64,000 nucleotides of DNA from Azolla caroliniana (GCA_043228905.1 JBHGNT010000012.1:4340001-4404000); one strand, 5' to 3'. Counted from the stretch's first letter, positions 48,468-62,127 are shown. Notes: a model not told the origin generated them from the sequence alone. Translations and numbers: made by a program.

Positions 48468-51382
48468 TGTTACCTGTAAGAATATACGGGGAGGCATAAG
48501 GGTATGTGTAATAATGTGGTTGATGTGTATGTGTAAAGTAAATGAGTGTGTGAGGATGAGTATGTGTGAGCACATGCACAATTATGTGCATGTGACAAGA
48601 GTGTAACGGTCATTATTACCGTTACATTATGTATTATATAAACCCCTTATGGGGCATCTAATGGATATACATTTTTCCCCTCTCATTTTGTTTCATTTTG
48701 AATTTGTCTTTCTCTCTAGTTCTCTCTTTATCGTAACCCCCTTGGGAGGGGGGTAAAGCCATTCTAGGCTTCACCCGCACCAGAATGGCTTCACCCCCAC
48801 CCCAACAATACTTTTGGCACGCCCAAACAACCGACCTCCCTTTGAAGAGGTCAATCTCCCCCTTCCTCACTCTCCCTCTTCATCACTAATCTTTCACCCT
48901 CCCTCTCTATGTCTCTACTTGTGTGTGTTAGAGAGTGTGTTTTTGTGCATACAATCACTATATGGTGAGCCATTTTTATTAGAGGTTTTTGGTGAAAGAC
49001 TCTCTACATGATACGATTAGAGGTTTTTGATGAGATGAAAGCCTTGAAGAAGACATGGAGATCATGGCTGAAGTTTCCATGGCTGAGAAGAAAAATTGAT
49101 GCATAAGATTTTGGAAGAAAAGGATTTTGGAAGAATTGGTCCACAGTTGCGTCCCGGTGAAAAGGCCATCAGTCGAGTTCTCTTAGAAACACGTACAGAG
49201 AAAAATGATTTGGAAGCACACAATATTCTTCTCCCTCTCTCTCCTGCCTTCCTCGTTCCCTTTTCCCTTGGTGGTGGTAGTGACTCGTGGGCATTTTACA
49301 GATTCTCAGACACACCCACATGATGATGGAGAATCCACAGGAGGAGGGGGAGGATCATGATGATGACTTTGCATATGCTTGTGATGCCTTTACCATCATC
49401 AGCCCCTCTCTACATTCATCATCCCCTCCTCATCTCACCTTCCTCTTTGCGTGTTTGTTTGTCTGTCCCAAATACTCTTCACAGCTATGGCAACAATCAT
49501 CACTCCCCAGTCCATCGCTTTCACCCAAGCTCTCCCCCCCTCCTATGGCAACTCTGGGCCTGAGTCTGAATCTAAATTAGAGCTATGGTGGAAAGAGTAG
49601 CAATGCGAACTCGGGATCACATGGCTCTAGATGTAATGTGCCTTATGGAAATGCATCTCCCTCTACGGTGAGCTCTTATGGAAACTCTACATCTGGTTCA
49701 GAGAGTGGAGTGAGGCCCAATTCACCACCACCACCACCATCTCCTCGCTCTGATGCGGCCAATACTGGATATGGTGGTTATTTGGATCCAAGTTATGGTG
49801 GGGCTCAATCCCAAGTGGGCCAAATCGAAGCTATTTCGTTCCTGGTTCAGGACCATAGACGGCGCTGAACAAACACCAATTGGTGGACGATAGAGACAGG
49901 TGGCGGCCGACCAAACAACCAACGAATAGAGCTGGCTGCCGGGCAGCCAACGGAGACACGGCCAGCTGGTGGAAGTAGCCAGACAGACGACAGACGTTCG
50001 ACAATGCCGACAAACGGCCACAGACAGTCCGAGAGACCTACGAACGACGATGGACCACGTCCGACAGCCAGCCTGCGAACATACATGGCCGACCGACAGA
50101 TGGACGACGACGGCCAAGTGACGGCCAACCGGACAAAGACGGCCGAGTGTGTGACGGACTGTACGATAGAGCCGGTTTCATAACCGACAGATGGCGGCGG
50201 CTGGACAGAGCCGACCAGACGGTTGGGCCGAGAATCGGCTGAGACAGAAGCGTCAGCCAAGAGCCTCCCCTTCGACATCCGATGGAGTGGACGAATGAAG
50301 ATCGACGGTGGCAGAGCCCGCAAGGTGGTCCGGAAGCCCCGGAAGCCGTACAAAGATGGTCGCCAAGAGATGGCCGAAGTTCGACAGGTGTCCGAAAAGA
50401 CATGGCAGAACCCGCCTAACAGTAGTGGCCGAGCCGACAGCCGATAGAGTCGGCCGGACTGATGGTGACGACACGGATGGAAATAGCCATAGGTGACCAC
50501 GGAAAAAGAAAAAGATAGAACATACACACAGAGAAGGAAAACAGGAAGAAACGAAGAGGAGGAAGAAGAAGCACAAGAAGAGAAGAACGCACAAGAAGAA
50601 AAGAAAAAAGAGGAGAATAGAAGGAAATGAAGGAAGAGAAGAGGGGTATGAAGAGAAAATTTCAGAAACATAAGGGTAGAAGAGAAAATTTCGAAAATTC
50701 AAGGGCATAAAATAAAATTTAAAAGAAAACATGAGGGCAAAATTTTAAAGACCAAAGGGTAAAAAATATAAAACTCACTTCACATGATGAAAGAAAGAAT
50801 ACACAAATGCACAATATGATTTCACGACCCATGCCATAATGAACTAGTCGATTGGTGTATGATCCAATCGCGACTTGTGGTGACCGAACGAGAAGGTTCG
50901 AGTCAAGCAAAGCTCCGATCGAAGTTATTGATCGTAGAGCAGTGATCTGGTCGAGGGATTTCCGACCATTGAGACGACTGATGGAGTTCTGGTCGAGAAG
51001 AGTTGCCATGGTGAGTGGGTTCACCGTGCAATGCACTGTCCCACAGGCGTGCCATGTGTTACCCGTAAGAATATATGGGAAGGCATAAGGGTATGTGTAA
51101 TGATGTGGTTGATGTGTATGTGTAAAGTAAATGAGTGTATGAGGATGAGGATGATTATGTGCATTTGACAAGAGTGTAACGGTCGTCTCTTTTGTAACAG
51201 TCATTATTTACCGTTACATTATGTATTATATAAACCCCTTATGGGCATCTAATGGATATACATTTTCCCCCTCTCATTTTGTGTCATTTTGAATTTGTCT
51301 TTCTCTCTAGCTCTCTCTCTATCGTAACCCCCTTGGGAGGGGTGTGAAGCCATTCTAGGCTTCATCCCCCACCCCAACAACA
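48468..51382 (+). mobile_element. Element I: 2.9-kb non-autonomous LTR element with two opposed PBSs
   Basis: LTRs 48468-48810 and 51057-51382; TSD AAGCT; PBS TGGCACGCCC at 48815-48824; reverse PBS at 51038-51054; no recognisable pol. Confidence 0.88.
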
Positions 51383-51509
51383 AAGCTCGAATAAAATGTC
51401 CATCATTTCCTCCTGATGGACCATCTTAAAAAATAGGAGGATTTTGTCTATCCCCACCGATCTCCGATCCCGCTCCGAGAGTTGAGCAAAACGACGCTCG
51501 AACTCTTCG

Positions 51510-52397
51510 TTTCTTCTTCCTCTCCCATTGTTTCTTCTTCTTCTCCCATCGTTTCTACTTCTTCTCCGATGGTGCACGAATAGTAGAGGAAATCAAGTAG
51601 ATGCTCACAAGCATCGACCAATTTTATGTTTTTCAGAAATCCTAAAGATGTAGAGAAGAATGGATTACAGCGGAAAATAAAATCCCTCACGAACATCTCA
51701 AGGTTAGCCAAGGAGGAGTCTTGATTATTAGCAATCATCTTTAGAAATGACATGGGAATTTGGTTGCCTATCAATAGCAAGTCCCTACCGATTTGCACGT
51801 GGAGTGTAAGGTCGTTATAGTAGAAAGTGGCAAACTACTCATGAAACAGCAAGAATTCATGAATGAAGATGGTATCGACATTGACCAGAAGTTGGAGCCA
51901 CCCAATTTCAGACAGGAGGAGGTTGAGTTATAGATGCGGCTAAGTTCATCATCTGGTTGATCAAGTGTGATGTATTCCATGAGCTGTTCCACACCTGATA
52001 TTCCATGTCTTTCCATGAATTTCCTCACACATAGTGCCTTAAAATTATGAATGAGGGAAGTCTGAAGATACTTATACAAGGGATCGATGGGAACTGATTT
52101 AGGGTAATATGACTATGGCTTCACTTCTAGCAATGTTTTGGGAGGCTTCAAAATCATCCTACCTTCGTTGGCCACAGGTGCATCAACATGATTGATCTTC
52201 TGCAGCATGTCATCTCTCCATTCACCCATTGGAATCTTATGATCAGCTTCATCCATTGGAATTGTAGTGTTGAATCTGATATTCATCTTCATCTTCATCT
52301 TCATCTTCTTCTTCCCCATCTTCTTCTTCCTCTTCTTCAAGAGGGCACTACGTTGATTGTTCTTCTTCTCGTATGATAAGTTCATCTTTTTATACAT
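51510..52397 (-). pseudogene. DUF247 (UPF0481)-family plant gene, 5' part, disrupted
   Basis: ILKPPKTLLEVKP*SYYPKSVPIDP..FKALCVRKFMERH, RDLLLIGNQIP and EHLLDFL correspond to the DUF247 YxPxxVSIGP, DLLLLENQIP and HLLD motifs; one stop and frameshifts. Confidence 0.72.
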
Positions 52398-52807
52398 CTC
52401 TATGAGTTACCTTCCCTCAGATGATAAGTAAGTGAAGATTCTATCTATTTACCTATTCATGGTAAGGAGACCGAGAGATAAGAGTGAGAATATATGTGGA
52501 GCCAAGAATCATACCATTTCCCATTATAGAAAGCAAATACTCCTTTCCATGTTTACGCAATTACTCTATGATTTCAGACATCTCGTGGAGCAAATACAGT
52601 ATTCGATTTCTCGACAATTACTCCATTTGATTTCGAACATACCAAAATCAACTCTATAATCTGACTAAAATCAACTCTATTCTCACGTACATACCAAAGT
52701 CAACTCCTTACCGTAAAGGTTTGTGCATGTGCAAGGATGTTCCTCAGCACATGTTCTGTGCCATTCTTTAATTCATATATAGCTTGGATTTGAGACTTAA
52801 TTAGGCG

Positions 52808-54919
52808 TGTTGTGGAAGCGTAGAAATAACAAGATATAACCAAAAATAAAGATATTATATAGAGTAAGAAGAAAAGATAAAACAACACCAGAATTACCGA
52901 GGTTCGACCAATTAAGCGTACGTCCTCCAAAGCAGCAGCTCTATTAAGATTGGGAGAGAAGATACAAAATTCAGGGATATCAAACTAAGAGGAAGAGAAC
53001 CATATTTATAGCTCCCAAACTACCTCTCTCAACTATGTGAGATAAAGAATGTGCCAAAAAGCTAACAAATCTCCACCTTGGCACAATCTTTAATCCTTCC
53101 AAATACAAATCTTCTCAAACAAACAAAAAATAAAACAGACTGCTTTCAAATTTGCGCCATGAGGTGCCAACTTTAAATGTGTTGGATATTGACCCAGTCT
53201 AAACAATGTTCAAACTTGGGCCTTGTAACCACTTTCGTCAACATGTCTGCAAGATTCTCCTTAGTATCAATCTTTTGGATAAGTATCTCCTCTTCTTCTA
53301 GAATTTCCCGTAGAAAGTGATAGCAAACATCAATGTGCTTCGTCTATGAGTGAAAGACTTGGTTCTTTGCTAAATGAATAGCACTCTGATTGTCAGAATA
53401 CACGTCAAGTTGTTTCTGACCTACTCTCAAGTCTTTGAGCAGCCCATGAACCCAAATTGCCTCCTTCACAACCTCTATGATTGCCATATACTCTGCCTTT
53501 GTTGTAGATAGAGCCAATGTTGATTGTAAAGTAGACTTCCAACTAACTCGTGCTTTTGTTAAAGTGAACAAATAGCCAGTTGTAGATCGTTGCTTATCCA
53601 AATCACCTGCAAAATCTGAATCACAATATCCAACTATGCATTTACCAAGTGATTTGTCTTGTTCAAATGTCAATCCAACATCCACGGTATTTTGAAGATA
53701 CCGCAGAATCCATTTCACAGCTTGCTAATGACCCTTGCCTGGATCATGCATATACCTGCGAACAATACTAACAACATGTGAAATATCGGGTCTTGTACAC
53801 ACCATTGCATACATCAAGCTTCCAACCGCATTTGCATAAGGGACTTTCGCCATGTATTCTCGCTCTTCATCAGTCATAGGAGATAAGAGACTACTCAGTT
53901 TCAAATGAGGAGCAAGTGGAGTACTTACCGGTTTTGTATCATCATACATACCAAAAAGTTGTAGTATCCTCTCCAAATACTACTTCTGAGATAGCCAAAG
54001 TTTGCCCCTCTCTCTATCTCTACTTATCTCTATACCAAGAATCTTCTTGGCTTCCCCCAAGTCCTTCATCTCAAACTCTTTACTCATCTGAGCCTTCAAG
54101 CTATCAATCTCAACTTGACTCTTAGCTGCAATCAACATATCATGAACATATAAGAGTAAGTAGATGCATGAACCATCTTGAAGATTTCGCAGATACACAC
54201 AATGATCATATTTGCTTCTCTTGTACTTCTGATCCTTCATAAACTTGTCAAATTGTTTGTACCAATGTCTTGGAGATTGTTTCAATCCATACAATGATTT
54301 GCGAAGTTTACAAACCCAATCTTCTTTACTAACAACTCCTTTTGGCTGAATCATTTAGATTTCCTCCTTCAAATCACCGTTTAAGAATGCGGTCTTCACA
54401 TGAAGTTGAGCTAGCTCCAAATTCAACTGTACTACCAAGGCCAACAAAATTCTAATGGAGGAATGTTTTACAACAGGGGAAAATACCTCATTAGAATCGA
54501 TTCCCTCCATTTGAGCATAACCTTTAGCTACCAACCTTGCCTTGTAGCGAATGTCTTCTATACTTGGAAATCCTTCTTTCTTTGCAAATACCCATTTGCA
54601 CCCAATTGCCTTTCTCCCTTTTGGTAGTTGTGTCACCTTCCACGTCTTGTTCTTCTGAAGAGATTGCATCTCTTCTTCCATTGCACTATAGCCCAATTGC
54701 CACTTTCTATGCTCCGAATGGCCTCTGGGTAGGTGGATGGAACATTATCATCACAAAATGGAAGTGCATAAGCTACTATGTCAGCGAAATGAGCAGGCTT
54801 CTGAATTACTCGTCTCTGTCTTCTTATTGCAATTGGTTCTTGGGTTAGAACCTCTTCCTCATCTGACTCTTCTTCTACCATAGGGGATTCATCAGTGGTG
54901 CCTCGCCTTGGAGTGACCA
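52808..54919 (-). mobile_element. Copia K, 3' part (RT, RNase H, PPT, 3' LTR ~52808-53067), Tork/Tnt1-like, degenerate
   Basis: AIGCKWVF, VPYANAVGSLMYAMVCTRPDI, GYCDSDFAGDLD; PPT CAAGGTGGAGA; truncated at Copia F. Confidence 0.9.
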
Positions 54920-57900
54920 TGACAAAACGAAGGTGCGGAAGCATTAGAAAACCGGCTTAGCCGGATAGCAATAGAGAGAGAGAGAGAGAATTAACACACA
55001 GAAGCTATGCAGGAGAGACAGAGAAAGCAGAACAACTCAAATCTGTTATTGACAACTCTATAAAATTCTCTATGTATACAACGTTCTCAACATCACTATT
55101 TATACAAGTCCTAAGAGGACTGACTGAAGTGCGGTGTACTTCAATGCTCACACAAGTGTCTGACACTAACTATGAGACATTAACTACCTAGTAGTTGAGG
55201 CTGCTCCTAGGCTTCTAGTTACTGCTTGATCCGGCTAACCGGCTCCCTAGCTCACCGGCTCGCTTGCTCATTGGGTAACCGATCCGGCTCACGCTTCCGG
55301 ATGCCGATCCGGATCCGGTTGAGCTTGCCGCTCAACACTCCCCCTCAAGCTCAACTTGAGGTCGGATCGCAGTGTTGGTCCTTCCACCTGGCTCCTTTTG
55401 TCGTCACTCCGCCTCGATCGTGCTCCTCGTCCGATCCGGTTCCCTTGGCCATGACCCTTCTGATTTTGCACACCTCGACCTCCTCAATCGGCTTGTCTGC
55501 TTAACAAGCCCAATTCAGCTCCCTCGCTGCTGTGACTGCCGATTCGCCGATTCTTGCATGTTGGCGTCAACTTTCGCTATCTTCTCGTCCTCTTGGCCTT
55601 GAATTGATCCGGTTCTTCCGAATCCGTCTTGTGAACCGAATTGACTGTCTCCGATTCGTTCCAGCTCTTGTCCAAATCGGTCGCTCCTGATTCGTCTTAC
55701 GGTTCCAGGCCCTTCACCACATCGGACCATGTTCGGATCTTGGCCTTCTCCTTCCGGTCGGCTCTGTCCTTCACTCTGCCGCCACTGCCGCTTGTTCCGA
55801 TTTGTTCAGATGTCTCAACTTCCTTTGTCGACTGAGTTCCCTTCTTCTTCTTGCCTCTCCCTTTGTCGGTTCTTCCCTCACTGGCACAATCGGCAATTTC
55901 TTTGCCTTTGCCCGTTCCCGTGTCTTGGCCTGTTCTCCCCCTCAAGTGTGGCACGTCGAGATGCTGAACACTAAGCATTTCGGTGAAGTGCTGCAACTTG
56001 TTTGATCCGAGCGGTTTGGTGAAGATGTCGGCAACTTGCCAATTCATATGAACATACTGAAGTTCGACTTCACCACTCAGGACATAGTCATGCGCGAAGT
56101 GGTAGAGCACTTCTATGTGCTTTGTGCGAGCATGGAATACGGGGTTCTTGGCGAGTTGCATGTTGCTTATGTTGTCGTAGTAGATCAGGATCAAGGTCGG
56201 CACCTCGATCCGCAGGTCTTGTAGTAGTCTCCGAAGCCAAATGGCTTCACAGGTGGCAATGGTAGCGCCCCAATATTCAGCCTCAGTGCTCGAAAGGGCC
56301 ACTGTTGGCTGCTTTTTGCTGCTCCACGCAACAGTCGCACTACCAAGGGAAAACATATAGACGGAAGTGGATCGGCGATCCGATACATCACCAGCCCAGT
56401 CGGCATCGGTGTAGCCGACTAGCTCTTCGGTTATACCATGCTGGTATAACAGTCCTCGGTCCTTCATGCCGCTCACATATCGCAAAATTCGATGTGCGCA
56501 CAGAAGGTGCTCCACGGTCGGCTTCTGCATATATTGGCAGATCACCCCGACCGGATAACTGATGTCGGGTTGGGTGATTGTCAAATATATAAGGCTTTCG
56601 ACGATTTGCCGAAACTGCTTCTCATCGCAGGCCGGTCCAGAGTTGGGACGGAGCTTCTGGTTCCGGTCCAGGGGTGTGGAGATTGGTCGGCATTCCATCA
56701 TGCTGAACTTGTACAACATACTCAACACATAGTGTCTTTGTGAGAGCAATATACCGTCGGGGGTTTGGATCACCTCGATCCCCAGGAAATAGTGAAGGTC
56801 CCCCAGGTCCTTCATCTCAAATGCGTTTGACAGCTGGGACTTGACTTGGCTGATTTCATCGAGTCCGGGTCAGGTTATGACTAGATCATCAACATACAAC
56901 AAGATGCAGACCGGACCGTCTGGACCTTGCCGGATGAATAACGAAGAGTCGGACTTGGAGGCTACAAACCCCATCTTATGCAACCGGTGTGTGATCTTCA
57001 CATTCCAAGCTCGGGGCGCTTGCTTCAAGCCATAAAGTGACTTCTTCAGCCGGCATACCACTGACTTGTTCATCTCTATCTGGAAACCGGGGGGTTGGGT
57101 CATAAAGACCTCTTCTTCAAGATTGCCTTGAAGAAATAAATTCTTCACGTCCATCTGGTGAAGATGCCACTCCCTTGCCGCAACAACCGCCAGTACCACA
57201 CGAACCGTCGTCATCTTCGCTACCGGAGCGAAGGTCTGGTCGTAGTCGATTCCGTGGGTTTGTGTGTATCCCTTCGCCACTAACCGGGCCTTATACCGGT
57301 TAACCGAACCATCTGCATTATACTTTACCTTGTACACCCACTTACATCTTATCGGTTTACAATGTCGGGGAGGGTTAACTAGGTCCCATGTATCGTTGGC
57401 GTCAAGTGCCCACATTTCTTCCTCCATAGCGGCACGCCAATTTGTGTCCTTTGCCACTTCTGCGTAGCTCTCCGGCTCACGCACTTCCGCCACCTTGGTC
57501 ATGTACGCATAGTGATGCGCCATGTACTCATTGTACCCGTACCGCTTCACGGGGTTCTTCTGGCGGGAAGACCGGCGTAACTTATCGTTACCTGGTTTGA
57601 GGTCCTTCTTGGCTGGTTCGGACTTCGTTCCCGAAGATCCGTCTTCATCCTTTCCGGAGTCGGATTCACTCCGATCCGACTCAACATTGCTGGTTTTGTA
57701 TTCCGGCATCTTCTTCTTCCCCTTATCTTTGCGTGTGAACTGTCTCCTCAGTTCCTTGCGCTGGGAGAGCATGACAAAGTCTCTACTACTTGCCGGTTCC
57801 TCACTTGACTGGTCATCCAGACTCAGCCGCTTGTTTAGCCCGCTCAACTGAAACGATTCCAGACTCACATCTAGAGTCTCAAACCCTTCGTCTTCTAACT

Positions 57901-60342
57901 GGACCGGTTCAGGCTCACTAGCGTCATCCTCCGGTATCGGGTCGGGGTCGGAAGTTGGAGCCGGTAAGGGATACCATGATGCCGTCTCATCAAACTCGAC
58001 ATCTCGGCTAACTCGAGCCTGCTTCGTCCGGGGGTTATAACACTTATACCCCTTTTGCTCAGGCAATAACTGACCAGGATGCATTTCTCCAACTTTGCAT
58101 CCAACTTCCTCTGCTTCTCATCCGGCACATGCACATATGAAATGCTACCAAATATCCAAAGGTGTCTCAAATTCGGCTTGTGCCCGAAATACAGCTCATG
58201 CGTGGACACCTTGTCACCAATCCGGTTTTGGATATAGATGGTCGTCTGGACCGCCTCAACCCAGTAGAAATGGGGCATGTTCTTCTCCTCTAGCATTGCC
58301 CTTGCCGTGTCGATAATCGATCGGTTGTTCCTTTTCGCCACACCGTTTTGCTCTGGTGTGTACCTGCAGATGAATTCTCTCTGAATTCCTTTCTACTGCA
58401 GATAACTGTTGAATTGGCCGGAAAATTATTCTTTTTTGCCATCTGACCGTAGGCACTTGATCTTCCTCTCCGTTTCCCATTCAACCAGGCTTTGCAGGTT
58501 CCGGAAACACTCGAAGACTTCGCTCTTCCAGTCAATGAGGTAGATCCATGTGTGACGGTTGTAGTCGTCAATGAAGGAGACGAAGTATCGACTCCCGCCA
58601 AGACTAACGTTCTGTGCTGGTCCCCATACATCCGAATGAATAAGGTCGAGCTTGTTACAGCTACGGTTTCGTTCGATGGGGAATGGAAGCCGGTGTTGCT
58701 TCCTGAGTTGACAGGCTTCACATATTTGGACCTGCCGGCCACTGATTTTCGGCAAACTGAAAACAACTTGTTTCGTTTGCAAGTCATGAAGCCTCCGGTA
58801 ATTGACATGGCCGATCCGCTTGTGCCAGAGATCAATATCCGATTCAAACTTCTGTCCTTTGGCGAACAAAGTGGTGCCAATGTCATTGGTGTCGAGGATG
58901 AACATCCTCCCATCTCTACGCCCTTGTGCAATAATCTGGCCCTCTTCCTTGATGAAGCACCCAAGGTGCGTAAACCGCACGTGCATCCCCTGGTCAACGA
59001 TCTGACCAACTGACACCCGGTTCTTCGTGATAGTCGGAACGTGTAATACGTTGATTAGCTTCCCCCTCTATCCGACGTGGCTCAAAGGGACTTCTCCGAC
59101 ATGCACAATTGGGTGAGGAGTGTCATCTCCTGTTTCGGCGACTCCCGGTTGTTCCGGTTTCTCCAAGAAAGAGAACCACACTTTGTGGCTCGTCATGTGG
59201 TTCGACGCACTGGAATCAACGAACCACACTTCCTCCGATTTGGAAGTGGTCTTCTTCATTAAGTTAGCCTCATGTGTCATCACCAAGGCTGGCCCTTTAT
59301 CGGCTTTTCTGGTTTTGGATCCTCCCGGTCCTTTTGCGTAGTGCAAGTATTGCCGGTTCTCTCTACCGGCCTTGCTGGATCCGAATCTGTCTAAATCAGC
59401 CCACTTCTTCCAGCACTCGCTTTCTCTATGGCCCTTTTTAACACAGTACCAACATTCTGTGTCAGCCTTTGCTTGCCGGCCTCCAGCGCCGCCTTGACTC
59501 CCCCTGCTTGTGGAGGGTCCGGAAGTACTATTGACACATTCTCTATGCCTTCGGTCCTGCTCTTGCCAGGCCCTGCCATTGCGAGCCGACCCGCCTCGTC
59601 CACCACGCCCATGGGGCTGATCCACCTCCGTGTACAGCATCCGGCTGTCGGTGGGTGCACTTGTTGACGCACCGGTGTGGTTCTCCTTTACAAGGAGCAT
59701 CGACTGTAAGTCGAAAAATGACGACATATTCTCCCTTGTACATACCGCCGTTGGGAACGCTTTGAACTTAGACGCTAGGCCCCCACGACAGATCTGCACC
59801 ATCTCATCTTCCTCTACAGTGACGTTGATAGAGGCACGTGAGTCACAGATCTCTTTGATTCAAGCCGTGTAATTGGCTACCGACATGTCCTTTTGTCGGA
59901 CATTGCTCAACTCCTGTCGAAGTTGCAACTTCCGGGCCGTAGTGCTTGCCGCGGAAACCTTCTTCAGGTTTCCCCAAGCTTCTTTTGGCGTCTTCGCATC
60001 TCGAACATGGCTCAATAGCTGGTCTTTGACACTGGACGCAAAGCAGTACATTACTCTACTTGCTGCTTGTTCCCACACTAGGAAGTCCTTGTGTGCCGCA
60101 TTAGGTGTTGTGTCGTTAGCTTTGTCAACATAGCTCTAGTAACCATGCCCAAGTAGGGACTGGTGCATCTTGTATGACCAAGATGCGTAGTTGGATCTTT
60201 CGAGCTTCTCCATCGGGAGCGAGCTAGCCATTCCTCTGTCAATCACTTCTCTTCCTATTCTACCGAGTGTCAACCCTCGTGCTTTGATACCATGATAAAA
60301 TGAAGGTGCAAAAGCATTAGACAACCGGCTTAGTCGGATAGC

Positions 60343-60404
<62 letters not shown>
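54920..60404 (-). mobile_element. Copia F (C/D-related); 5' LTR truncated at its (GA)n tract
   Basis: 3' LTR 54920-55337; 5' LTR remnant 60293-~60404; PBS TGGTATCAAAGC at 60281-60292; PPT at 55338-55347. Confidence 0.92.
55697..60231 (-). pseudogene. gag-pol: Copia F gag-pol (degenerate)
   Basis: MASSLPMEKLERSNYASW, CWYCVKKGHRESEC, IHSDVWGP, LYVDDL, STEAEY. Confidence 0.92.
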
Positions 60405-60435
<31 letters not shown>

Positions 60436-60976
60436 TATATTATCGTCTTCGGAGGTCAAATATGACCTATCAGACCAAAAATATTACATTTCACGTGATA
60501 CGTGTGAAAGTGAGTAGTGACTCTCGATGTTCAAGAACTTTACCAATGAATGTTGCAATCGAGAGTGCACATTGTGGTTGTGAGAGGAATTCATGCAAAG
60601 ATTGGGCTCGATCGAAGAGATGTGGAAAGCGTGGTCGAATATGATCAAAGGCAGAGCATTGTATCAAAGGGTGATACTCAGACTCACGAAATTGTTTAGG
60701 GCAAAGTGTGCATAGCCAACCACTCTCATCACTTGTACCCCAACGCCCTGTTTCACATCGCAATGCATGTGAGCTAAGTCGCATGGAAGCAATGGTTCGA
60801 ATGGAAGATAACGGTATGGGCTCTAACATGTATGGATGTGTACGATTTCCCCGTTCCGCGAAGAATATGGTTTTGTAGTTAGGTGCAACATGTGTAGTAT
60901 AATGTGTGAAGCGTGAACCTCCACATTTGTCCCATGTCATGATAGTTAGGTGCATTACTAATTCATTAAGGTACAC
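60405..60976 (-). mobile_element. 5'-truncated LINE 3' end with stem-loop and (ATCT)n tail
   Basis: RLSSHALRCETGRW..CTLC..ESEYHPLIQC; stop at 60491; hairpin AGGTCA-N4-TGACCT at 60453-60468; (GATA)n at 60405-60435. Confidence 0.8.
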
Positions 60977-61940
60977 CTAGTTCCCATGTTACACAACTAG
61001 TACTAATCGTGAACAATGTACTACTCACTTAGTTCCCAATTTACACAAGTAGTACTAATCATGAACAATGTACTACTAACTTAGTCAAATTACACAAGGA
61101 GTGCTAATCATGAACAATGTACCACTCACTTAGTTGCCAAATTACACAAATAGTACTAATCATGAACAATGTACTAATCCTGAACAATATACTATTCACT
61201 TAGTTCCTAAATTACTGAACTAGTACTAATAAGGAACATAAGTAGTACTAATAATGAACAATGTACTGCTCACTTAGTTCCCAATTTACACAAGTAGTAT
61301 TAATCATGCACAATGCACTACTCACTTAGTTCCCAAATTACACGAGTACTAATCCTGAACAATGTACTACTCACTTAGTTCCCAAATTACAAAACTAGTA
61401 CTAATCATGAGCAATGTACTACTCACTTAGTTCCCAATTTACAAAACTAGTACTAATCATGAGCAATGTACTACTCACTTAGTTCCCAATTTACAAAACT
61501 AGTACTAATCATGAACAATGTACTACTCGCTAAGTACTAATCGTCAACAATGTACAAGTATAGTGTGTACTAACACTAGTACTAGGCACGTTGTAATATA
61601 GATTGGACTAACATCTAATCCAACAAATGTAGATTGGATTTTAGTACTAACGTGGTATTTTGCACACAAGTAATACTAAACGTGATATGTGTTCTACACA
61701 CCTAATTACATAACTTGTACTAATTACACCAACAATATTAATCTTGAATAGTATTAGTACTAAACGTGATATGTGTTTGACACACCTCATTTCCAAATTA
61801 CACAAACTGTACTAATATTCAGCAATTTACTATACACCTTGTTCCCAAATTACATAACTAGTACTAATTCCCAAGTTACACAAACAATACTAACAGTCAA
61901 CAGTGTACTACAAGTATAGTGTCTACTAAACTAGTACTAG
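60975..61940. repeat. ~52-bp minisatellite array decaying to the right
   Basis: Unit ~CTTAGTTCCCAAATTACACAACTAGTACTAATCATGAACAATGTACTACTCA; roughly 10 well-formed copies up to ~61540, then partial copies. Confidence 0.9.
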
Positions 61941-62127
61941 GCAAGTTGCAATATAGATTGGACGATGTTGTACCTGGTTCCCTTTTAGAGTACTACCAAT
62001 ACTAACCCACATAATTAGGGTTCCACATATTAGTTGTTAGAGATACACTAATACTAATCCATTGTTCTCGTAAATTTGAAGTATGAATTGTGGCGTACAC
62101 TAGTTCTAATCCAAATTTAAATTGACA

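Larger units (their letters stand above)
27241..51508 (-). mobile_element. Host J: degenerate Gypsy-derived element in four pieces (27241-28624, 38469-38785, 47855-48467, 51388-51508)
   Basis: Partial 3' LTR 27241-27637 starting TGTTGTGAGG on minus, preceded by PPT GGGGGTGGA; gag-like peptide EEFERRFAQL..KILLFF..FELE|DYHAAHGLTDDWSEV split by element I; the pieces are rejoined by the TSDs of G, H and I. Confidence 0.6.

Noticed and set aside
49287-50732. ORFs inside element I as a captured gene
   Set aside because: Short, low-complexity and inconsistent in frame; no family could be recognised by eye.
60975-61940. Minisatellite as a CRISPR array
   Set aside because: Head-to-tail degenerate units without unique spacers.
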